Shown here: piece after piece, positions 24,911-31,612 of the stretch | Layout of the letters: each line of letters begins with the position of its first letter | Numbering within the stretch: the stretch's first letter is position 1 | From: Anaerolineae bacterium | GTDB taxonomy: Bacteria > Chloroflexota > Anaerolineae > CG2-30-64-16 | Length of the DNA: 38,604 bases | Assembly: GCA_034433275.1 (NCBI GenBank) | Contig: DAOUAT010000364.1 | Location: 1-38,604, forward strand | Direction of reading: 5' to 3' | Program-made: the position numbers and the translations under genes | The notes under the pieces: generated by a model | The model's database searches: none | The model's input: only the letters and a program-made list of their open reading frames with translations | Told to the model about the DNA's origin: nothing

Positions 24911-26029
24911 ATGCCAAATGGAGAACTAACAATTGATGCCTTGATGCCGCCGCAGATGGCCGATCGGGCCGAAGCGATTGGCATCAAGAAAGCGAACACG
25001 GACTTCTGGACCATGTTTGCGTTAGCTGTGCTGGCCGGCGCATTCATCGGCGCTGGCGCGATGTTCGCAACAGTTGTGACAGCCGACGCGGCCGGCAAGT
25101 TGTCTTACGGCGTCGCCCGCTTATTGGGTGGCATCGTGTTTGCCGTCGGCCTGATCCTGGTCGTTGTTGCCGGGGCGGAGCTGTTCACGGGCAACAACCT
25201 GATCGTGATGGCCTGGGCAAATCGCAAAGTCAGCACCGGCAGACTCCTGCGCAACTGGGCCATCGTGTACGTGGGGAACCTGGTGGGGTCCGTGGCAAAT
25301 GCCATCCTGATCTTCTTGGGCCGCCAGTATACGTTCGGGAGCGGCGCAGTGGGCCTGCAAGTGCTCAATACGGCCGCATCTAAAACGAGTCTGAACTTCG
25401 TCCAAGCGTTAGCGTTAGGGATCATCTGCAATGCGCTGGTATGTATGGCTGTCTGGTTGTGCTACAGCGCCCGCAGCACGACAGATAAGATCCTCTCGAT
25501 CATCTTTCCGATTTCAGCGTTCGTAGCCGGTGGCTTCGAGCATAGCATCGCCAACATGTACTTCAGTAGACACGCTGACGTGTCTGGCAGTCGAGTAACA
25601 GTCAATCGTCGGCAAGGCGCAGGGAGGTGTGCCATGAAGCTTAACAATGTCCTGCAGGCCATAGACGGTAAGCTCATCACCAAAGAAGCAGACCTGGAGC
25701 TGGAAGTGCAGATGGGGTGCGGCGCCGACCTGATGAGCGATGTGCTGGCGTTCACCCACGCAGATACGCTGTTGCTCACCGGGCTCACCAACCCGCAGGT
25801 CGTGCGCACGGCGGACATGGCCGGGATCAGAGCGATTGTTTTCGTGCGGGGGAAACTTCCTCCCTCCGAAACGATCGCCCTGGCCGAGGACAAGGGCATC
25901 CCATTACTGGCCTCGAAGTACACGCTCTATGAAACTTGTGGCAAGCTTTATCGCGCAGGCATGCCGAGTTGTGGCCTGTTTGAGCACAGCGTCCGGCGTT
26001 GGGAGCAGTACTTTGAGGGCAAATCATGA
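24911..26029 (+). CDS. Single ORF. A formate/nitrite transporter (FNT) family protein lacking its last TM helix (aa 1-~218) reads without a stop into a DRTGG-domain protein (aa 242-372)
   Basis: The FNT part aligns by eye with FocA up to the conserved GGFEHSIANMYF motif (ends ~25564), then homology stops about 65 aa short. The other two frames hit stops within ~35 nt. From M242: MKLNNVLQAIDGKL...GADLMSDVLAF...LLLTGLTNPQVVRTA...IPLL..KYTLYETCGKLY, paralogous to 29812..30153. Confidence 0.7.
   Translation: MPNGELTIDALMPPQMADRAEAIGIKKANTDFWTMFALAVLAGAFIGAGAMFATVVTADAAGKLSYGVARLLGGIVFAVGLILVVVAGAELFTGNNLIVMAWANRKVSTGRLLRNWAIVYVGNLVGSVANAILIFLGRQYTFGSGAVGLQVLNTAASKTSLNFVQALALGIICNALVCMAVWLCYSARSTTDKILSIIFPISAFVAGGFEHSIANMYFSRHADVSGSRVTVNRRQGAGRCAMKLNNVLQAIDGKLITKEADLELEVQMGCGADLMSDVLAFTHADTLLLTGLTNPQVVRTADMAGIRAIVFVRGKLPPSETIALAEDKGIPLLASKYTLYETCGKLYRAGMPSCGLFEHSVRRWEQYFEGKS
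25621..25636 (+). promoter_or_regulatory. Internal SD (AGGGAGG) plus ATG 25634, the likely real start of the DRTGG protein (25634..26029)
   Basis: AGGGAGG at 25621..25627, 6 nt spacer, ATG at 25634, in frame with the FNT ORF. A perfect 7-bp hairpin agacacg-ctga-cgtgtct (25568..25585) lies at the point where FNT homology ends. Confidence 0.6.
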
Positions 26030-26430
26030 TGCTCCGTAAGATCCTCATCGTTGAAGATGATCCCGATATGGCGTTGGCGCTGCGTATGCCGCTGGAGGCC
26101 AGTGGCTACGAGATCATTGAAGCGCGTTCGGGCCTGGAAGGACTGCAAAAGCTCCAGGAAGTGCAGCCCGACCTGGTCATCTTGGACGCGATGATGGAAA
26201 CCAGTACGGCCGGGTTCCAATTCTCCCTGACCCTGCGCAGCCCTGATCCGCGGTCGCCGTATGCGGCCTACCGTCATGTTCCCCTGCTGATGGTTACAGC
26301 CATCCACACGACCACATCGCTGCGCTTTGGACCCGATGAGGCATACTTGCCCGTGGATGATTTTGTAGAAAAGCCGGTTGACCCTGATGTGCTCGTACAC
26401 AAGGTGCAGACGCTGCTCAGTAGCGCGTGA
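26026..26430 (+). CDS. Stand-alone REC protein (type B; paralog of the REC at 18382..18816)
   Basis: ATGA overlap with the upstream stop. ILIVEDDPDMALALRMPLEASGY...PDLVILDAMMETSTAGFQFSLTLRSPD..SPYAAY.H.PLLM.T.IH.TT.LRFGPD.AYLPVDDF.EKPVDP. This is nearly colinear with the 18382 domain. Confidence 0.85.
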   Translation: MMLRKILIVEDDPDMALALRMPLEASGYEIIEARSGLEGLQKLQEVQPDLVILDAMMETSTAGFQFSLTLRSPDPRSPYAAYRHVPLLMVTAIHTTTSLRFGPDEAYLPVDDFVEKPVDPDVLVHKVQTLLSSA

Positions 26431-26474
26431 CTGCCCCCAGCAATTCATGATAGCCAAGCAAAAGGAGGCATATA

Positions 26475-26888
26475 ATGGCTAAAAGACAGCATATTCTGAT
26501 CGTTGACGATGATGTTCAGGCCGTAGACACGGTCGAGACGCTGCTCCAGAGTGTCGGCTATGAAACATCGCACGCGTACCTGGCCATGGATGGCCTGGAG
26601 CTTGCCCGGCAAGCGAAGCCGGATCTCATCCTGCTGGATGTCATGTTCGCGGGACCGCCCGGCCCCGACGGCTTCGAGGTCTCGCGCGAGCTCCATGAAG
26701 ATCCGGAACTCAAGGACATCCCGGTGATCATTCTATCGGGGCTCAAAAAGGTGATGGGCATCGCGGCCGATTTCACGCCGGACGAGACCTGGATGCCCGT
26801 CAAGGCCTTCATGGAGAAACCGGTCAAACCGGCCGACCTGTTGGCCCAGATCGAAAAGGTCATCGGCCCGCGGCCGCAGGCGGCGTAA
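26475..26888 (+). CDS. Stand-alone REC protein (type A; paralog of 12289..12705)
   Basis: AAGGAGG upstream. MAKRQHILIVDDDVQAVDTVETLLQSVGYET.HAY...PDLILLDVMFAGPPGPDGFEVSR.LHEDPELK.IPVIILSG...TWMPVKAFMEKPV.PA.LL..IEKV.GPR. Confidence 0.85.
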   Translation: MAKRQHILIVDDDVQAVDTVETLLQSVGYETSHAYLAMDGLELARQAKPDLILLDVMFAGPPGPDGFEVSRELHEDPELKDIPVIILSGLKKVMGIAADFTPDETWMPVKAFMEKPVKPADLLAQIEKVIGPRPQAA

Positions 26889-26911
26889 GCACGCTTGCGG
26901 ACTCCGTTGGG

Positions 26912-26937
26912 GCGCGCGAGCGCGTGTGCTCGCGCGT
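26912..26937 (+). terminator. GC-rich hairpin (9-10 bp stem) followed by tatgatttt; a possible intrinsic terminator after the REC gene
   Basis: gcgcgcgagc-gcgtgt-gctcgcgcgt, then atgattttgg. The U-tract is short and interrupted, so terminator function is uncertain. Confidence 0.4.
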
Positions 26938-26939
26938 AT

Positions 26940-26978
26940 GATTTTGGTCGCGATCTGTCCTGGGTCGCGGCCAAAATC
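26940..26978. repeat. Second, 14-bp-stem inverted repeat immediately after the first hairpin
   Basis: gattttggtcgcga-tctgtcctggg-tcgcggccaaaatc. All 14 positions pair if one G-U is allowed. It lies 36 nt upstream of the kinase ATG at 27014. Confidence 0.6.
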
Positions 26979-27013
26979 GTTATAGTCACCAGTCGGCAGG
27001 AGGGGTCTGTGCC

Positions 27014-28132
27014 ATGTCAGGCACGACTGAGGCGCTGGAGTCGTTGAGCGCGGCGGTGCGGTGCATCGTGCCGCCCGGCGCCATCTCCGCGTGGGAGCTA
27101 AACCCATCGGCGGCCCAACTCACGTTGACATGCCCCCAGGGTTCCCCAACGGCTATCGTGGCCTGCGCCGTAACTGATAGCCCGCTGGCCCAGAAGGCGT
27201 TGGCTGACGGCAGTGCATCAGCCGCGCCCGATCCCGCGGTGGCTGACCCACTCCTGACGCACCTCGATGGCATGGCCCTGGCCCTGCGCCTGGGGACAGT
27301 GGAACAGCCCCGGGGCCTGCTCCTGATCCACACCGCCGCGCCGCACACCTTCACCCCCGAGGAGATCACGACCCTGCAAGCGCTGTGCCGACTTGGATCG
27401 GTCGCGCTGGGGGCAGCGCAGCGCGCCACCGAGTTAGCCCGGGTTGACGCCGGTCGGGATCAATTCATCCACGTCACCACGCACGAGCTCCGCTCGCCCC
27501 TGGCCGTCTCGCAAACACTGATCCGCAACGTCGTCAAAGGCTATGCCGGCCAGCTGACCGATAAACAAAAGGATGTGTTCACACGCATCTCCGGCCAGCT
27601 CGACCGGCTGGAAGGACTGGTCAACGACCTGTTGGACCTGGCCGCCAGCCGGGCCATCGGCGCCGAGGCGCTCATGTCAGTCATGCTCAACGCTGCGGTT
27701 GGCAGGGCAGTGCTGCTACTGAGCCCGCACGCAGAGGAGAAGGGGGTAGTGCTCGTCCTGCAGCCCTGTCGCGAGGAGCTTGTGGTTGCCGCGACGGAAG
27801 ATGGCCTCGACCGCATTTTCGTCAACCTGGTGGGCAACGCCATCAAGTACACCCCCGCCGGCGGCCAGGTCACCGTGTCAGTGATTCGCTCCGAAGCGCA
27901 GGCGGCAGTCACCGTGGCTGATACCGGGCTCGGCATCCCGGCCGAGGCTATGACGCACCTGTTTGAGGAATTCTATCGCGCACCCAACGTGCGCGCGGCC
28001 AATATCACGGGCACCGGCCTGGGTCTCGTCATTGTTAAGGAGCTGGTGGTGCGGTTTCACGGGCAGATTGATGTACAGAGTGAGGAGGGCAAAGGCGCCT
28101 CTTTCACAGTTCACCTGCCACGGTTCCGCTAA
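27014..28132 (+). CDS. Soluble sensor histidine kinase (GAF-like N-terminus, HisKA, HATPase_c)
   Basis: No TM segments. GAF-like ending ...RGLLLIHTAAPHTFTPEEITTLQALCRLGSVALGAAQ. H-box VTTHELRSPL, N box LVGNAIKYT, G boxes DTGLGI and GTGLGLVIVKE. The kinase core resembles that of 12709..13899 (EF[FY]RA.N...TGTGLGLVIVK). Confidence 0.8.
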   Translation: MSGTTEALESLSAAVRCIVPPGAISAWELNPSAAQLTLTCPQGSPTAIVACAVTDSPLAQKALADGSASAAPDPAVADPLLTHLDGMALALRLGTVEQPRGLLLIHTAAPHTFTPEEITTLQALCRLGSVALGAAQRATELARVDAGRDQFIHVTTHELRSPLAVSQTLIRNVVKGYAGQLTDKQKDVFTRISGQLDRLEGLVNDLLDLAASRAIGAEALMSVMLNAAVGRAVLLLSPHAEEKGVVLVLQPCREELVVAATEDGLDRIFVNLVGNAIKYTPAGGQVTVSVIRSEAQAAVTVADTGLGIPAEAMTHLFEEFYRAPNVRAANITGTGLGLVIVKELVVRFHGQIDVQSEEGKGASFTVHLPRFR

Positions 28133-28266
28133 CCAACACAAACCAGTCACCTTCGACCATCCATCATCAGGCCAAGTTGTATGATATTCGTCATATCCCC
28201 ATTGGCCGTGAGTAGTTATACTCATGAGGGTCATTTTTGCGCCTATCATCACAAAACATGATCTGT

Positions 28267-28291
28267 GTGAATTGGGTCTAACCTAATTCAC
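28267..28291. promoter_or_regulatory. Inverted repeat GTGAATT-N11-AATTCAC in the AT-richer 220-bp region upstream of hdrC; a possible operator
   Basis: gtgaatt (28267..28273) and aattcac (28285..28291) are perfect complements. The site is ~60 nt upstream of the hdrC GTG. Confidence 0.3.
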
Positions 28292-28352
28292 GCTCATCGG
28301 TAACCTTGTCCTCTCGACAACGCTGACACGGCAGATTGCAAGGAGGCGTCTC

Positions 28353-28931
28353 GTGGCAACCCATGAGGTCATTGTGCTCACTGACGTCAAACGCGATATG
28401 GCGTTTGGCGACCGCCTGACCCCCGCCGGGCTCGAGCTTCGTACTTGTATTCAATGCGGCACCTGCACGGCATCCTGTCCGTCAGCCTCCGCGATGGACA
28501 TCACCCCCCGCAAGATGTGGCGCATGGTGCAGTTGGGCATGGTCGAAGAGGTGCTGAAAAGCAAGACCATGTGGCTGTGCAGCATCTGCTATCAGTGCCA
28601 GGTGCGCTGCCCCCGCGGCATCCCCCTCACCGAGGCCATCGCCAAGCTCAAGCAGCTTGCGATCCAGCAGCAGGTCAAGCAGTGGCGTGAGAGCACCACG
28701 TTCTACCTGGCCTTCAGCGACGTGATGCGGCGCTATGGCCGGATGCGCGAGACCGAGTTCATGGCGCGTTACTTCCTCTCCACCAATCCGCTGGAGGCGC
28801 TGGGCTACGCCGGAATGGGGCTGACCCTGCTGCGTCGTGGCAAGCTGCGCCCTGAGCTGCCGCGGTTAGCAGGCGAGGGCAAGCTGTCCAGGCTGTTCGA
28901 TCGCGTGGCGGAACTGGAGGGTCGCAAATGA
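28353..28931 (+). CDS. hdrC: Heterodisulfide reductase subunit C-like (2x[4Fe-4S])
   Basis: AGGAGG is 7 nt upstream of GTG 28353. CIQCGTCTASCP and CSICYQCQVRCP motifs with typical HdrC spacing. 192 aa. Confidence 0.85.
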   Translation: MATHEVIVLTDVKRDMAFGDRLTPAGLELRTCIQCGTCTASCPSASAMDITPRKMWRMVQLGMVEEVLKSKTMWLCSICYQCQVRCPRGIPLTEAIAKLKQLAIQQQVKQWRESTTFYLAFSDVMRRYGRMRETEFMARYFLSTNPLEALGYAGMGLTLLRRGKLRPELPRLAGEGKLSRLFDRVAELEGRK

Positions 28932-29797
28932 AACGCTATCTGTTCTACCCCGGCTGCTCCATGGACGCTTCGGCGCTGGAGTACAAGAGCGCCATGCTGG
29001 CCGTGTTTGCCGCCCTGGGCGCCGAAGTCACCGAGCTAGAGGATTGGACCTGCTGCGGCGCCAGCGTGGCACCGGTGATGAGCGACTTGCTGGGGCTGGC
29101 GTTGCCGGCGCGCAATCTGGCGATCGCCGAGAAGATGGGCAACAGCCGGACCATGGTAGTTGGTTGCAGCGCGTGCTTCACCAGCTTTGCCCGCACCAAT
29201 GCGGCCGTTGCCGCTCCCGCCGCCTTGAGCCGTGTGAACCAGGCGTTGGTGGTGGAAAACCTCCAATACAACAACACCATCACGGTCCGCCACATGCTGG
29301 ACGTGCTGGCCAACGACTTTGGCCCGGCCGCAGTGGCCGCGGCTGTCAAACGCCCGTTGACCGGCCTGAAGGTGGCCCCCTACTACGGCTGCCAGACGGT
29401 GCGGCCGTATGCCTCGTTTGATGACGGCCAGCAGCCGTGGTCTATGGTGGCCCTGCTCGAGGCCTTGGGCGCTACGGTCTACCACCACCTGCAGGAGGCG
29501 ACCTGCTGCGGCACTGCGCTCTTAACGACCAAACCGGAATTGGGGCTGCGCATCGCCGGCAGCATCCTGGAGGCTGCGCAACCGGCCGACTGCATCGCCG
29601 CCGTGTGTCCCATGTGCCACATGAACCTGGATAGCTATCAAGATAAAGTGTCCAAGGTGTTACGCAAACCGATCAAGATCCCGGTGGTGTTCCTGCCGCA
29701 GCTGATCGGCCTGGCGTTTGGGCTCGGAGAGAAGGAACTGCTCTTCAAACGACACGTGGTGCCGGTTGCTCCGGTGTTGGACAAGGCGCCCGCCTGA
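28928..29797 (+). CDS. hdrB: Heterodisulfide reductase subunit B-like (two CCG domains)
   Basis: ATGA overlap with hdrC. There are two CX..CCG..CXXC modules: PGCS...WTCCGAS...GCSACF and YYGCQ...ATCCGTA...CPMCHMNL. Confidence 0.85.
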   Translation: MKRYLFYPGCSMDASALEYKSAMLAVFAALGAEVTELEDWTCCGASVAPVMSDLLGLALPARNLAIAEKMGNSRTMVVGCSACFTSFARTNAAVAAPAALSRVNQALVVENLQYNNTITVRHMLDVLANDFGPAAVAAAVKRPLTGLKVAPYYGCQTVRPYASFDDGQQPWSMVALLEALGATVYHHLQEATCCGTALLTTKPELGLRIAGSILEAAQPADCIAAVCPMCHMNLDSYQDKVSKVLRKPIKIPVVFLPQLIGLAFGLGEKELLFKRHVVPVAPVLDKAPA

Positions 29798-29811
29798 TGG
29801 TTGGAGGGACC

Positions 29812-30153
29812 ATGAAACTATCCGAGATCGTCCAACAGCTTTCGTTGGAAATCAAGGCCGGGACCGAGAAACTCGATGTCGAGGTCACCGGGGGCTATGC
29901 CTGCGATTTGTTGAGCTATGTGATGGCAAACGGCAAGGCAGGCGATCTCTGGATCACCATCCAGGGGCATCCCAATATCATCGCCGTCGCCAGCCTGATC
30001 AACCTTGCGGGGATCATCGTGGTTGAGGGCGCCAAGATCGATCCGGCAACCGTGGCCAAGGCCGACCAGGAACGCATCCCCTTGCTGGCAACCAACGAGA
30101 CGACCTACAACGTGGCTGGCAAACTGTACGCCTTGGGTGTGCATAGCGCGTAG
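29812..30153 (+). CDS. DRTGG-domain protein (paralog of 25634..26029)
   Basis: GGAGGG, then ATG 29812. MKLSEIVQQLSLEI..G...L...VTGGYACDLLSYVMA......LWITIQGHPNIIAVA.L..LAGIIV.EG......T...A....IPLLAT...TY.VAGKLY. The ORF is open from 29797. Confidence 0.75.
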   Translation: MKLSEIVQQLSLEIKAGTEKLDVEVTGGYACDLLSYVMANGKAGDLWITIQGHPNIIAVASLINLAGIIVVEGAKIDPATVAKADQERIPLLATNETTYNVAGKLYALGVHSA

Positions 30154-30157
30154 CCCC

Positions 30158-30748
30158 ATGCGTGAGTTGAGCCTGCACATCCTGGACATCTTGCAGAACT
30201 CGGCCGAAGCGGGCGCGACCCTGGTAGCGCTCACCATCGAGGAGGACCTGGCAGCTGACTGGTTGACCATCGTGGTGTGCGACAACGGTCGCGGCATCCC
30301 GGCCGATGTCTTGTCACACGTATTCGACCCGTTTTATACCAGCCGAAAAACGCGGCACGTGGGCCTGGGATTGCCTCTGCTGAAGGCGGCGGCCGAACGC
30401 TGCGCAGGCGATGTGGTGATCACGTCGGAAGTGGGTGTGGGAACGACGCTCACAGCCACCTTTCGACATAGTCACATCGATCGGGCCCCGTTGGGCGACC
30501 TGGGAGCAACGCTGCTGTCGTTCATCCTGGGTGGGACGTGCGATCTGCACTATGTACACCGCGTGACCGGCAGATCAGAAGATGGTAGATTGGCAGACTG
30601 GGATGTGGGCGCTGAGATCGGGGAATTCGAGTTTCATACCGTCCAGATCAAGGCCGCGTTAGGGGACGTGCCTCTGAGCCATCCGGCCGTGCGGGCATGG
30701 CTGCAAGAATTCATCACCGAGGGCGAAGCTGAGCTCAGGGGGGCTTAG
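30158..30748 (+). CDS. Stand-alone histidine-kinase-like ATPase (HATPase_c only; no HisKA or sensor domain)
   Basis: MRELSLHILDILQNSAEAGAT (N box), VCDNGRGIP (G1), HVGLGLPLLK (G2), GVGTTLTATF. ATG 30158 lies 4 nt after the upstream TAG. The ORF-track start at 30005 overlaps the previous gene. Confidence 0.75.
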   Translation: MRELSLHILDILQNSAEAGATLVALTIEEDLAADWLTIVVCDNGRGIPADVLSHVFDPFYTSRKTRHVGLGLPLLKAAAERCAGDVVITSEVGVGTTLTATFRHSHIDRAPLGDLGATLLSFILGGTCDLHYVHRVTGRSEDGRLADWDVGAEIGEFEFHTVQIKAALGDVPLSHPAVRAWLQEFITEGEAELRGA

Positions 30749-30826
30749 AAGCGGGATCAGGAGCATCCCTTCTACGCCACCCAGCCTGCAAGCCCCCAAT
30801 CTACCAGTCTACCAAGTTGCCAACCC

Positions 30827-31612
30827 ATGGCCTTTTTTGCCGCCGACCTGCACCTGCACACCGTCCTCTCGGCGTGCGCCGAGAGTGAGATGCTGCCCGC
30901 CCTGATCCTTGAGCGGACGGCGGCCTTGGGGCTGGATATCATCGCCATCACCGACCATAACTCGTCGGAGAACGCGGCCGCGATGATTCAGGCGGCGGAA
31001 GCTATGGGGATCGTCGTCTGGCCGGGCATGGAGTTGCAATCACGGGAAGAGGCGCACCTGCTGTGCCTGTTCGACACGTTGGCGCAGGCGCTGCAATGGC
31101 AAGCGCTCGTTTACACCAGCCTGCCGCCTTTGAAGAACAAGCCGGCCGTCTTCGGCCAGCAGGTTGTGCTGGCGCCGGACGGCGATCCGGTCGGCTACAA
31201 CGACCGGCTGCTGGCGACCTCGTCGGCGCTTTCGGTGGATGAAGCCGTCGCCGGCGTGCGTGCGCTGGGCGGCCTGTGCATCCCGGCGCACGTTGACCGA
31301 CCGATGTACAGCATCATCGCGAACCTGGGCTTCGTCCCGCCGGAACTGGACGTCCCGGGCGTGGAGATTTCGCACCTGTTGGGCCCGAAGGAGGCGCGGG
31401 CCCGGTTTCCCCAATTGGCGCGTTATGGGTTGATCGCCAACAGCGATGCGCATCGGCTGAGCGAGATACGCAAACGCACCACCCTGAAGCTGGCCGCGCC
31501 GACGGTGGCCGAGTTGGCGCTGGCATTGGCAGGCCGGGAAGACCGAGGCGTTTGGATTGATGGCTTGCGCGCCAACCGTGAAGGCGCCACTGAGCAGTGG
31601 CACAGCCTATGA
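30827..31612 (+). CDS. PHP-domain (polymerase/histidinol-phosphatase-like) metal-dependent phosphoesterase
   Basis: N-terminal ADLHLHTVLSACA...IIAITDHNS, later PAHVDR and NSDAH. These are the His/Asp metal-ligand motifs of PHP domains. Confidence 0.75.
   Translation: MAFFAADLHLHTVLSACAESEMLPALILERTAALGLDIIAITDHNSSENAAAMIQAAEAMGIVVWPGMELQSREEAHLLCLFDTLAQALQWQALVYTSLPPLKNKPAVFGQQVVLAPDGDPVGYNDRLLATSSALSVDEAVAGVRALGGLCIPAHVDRPMYSIIANLGFVPPELDVPGVEISHLLGPKEARARFPQLARYGLIANSDAHRLSEIRKRTTLKLAAPTVAELALALAGREDRGVWIDGLRANREGATEQWHSL

Noticed and set aside
25565-25633. A frameshift hiding the missing C-terminal TM helix of the FNT transporter
   Set aside because: One alternative frame is an immediate TAG. 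The other reads VDTLTCLAVE and then hits a stop. There is not enough sequence before the DRTGG start to encode ~65 residues, so a deletion is the better explanation.
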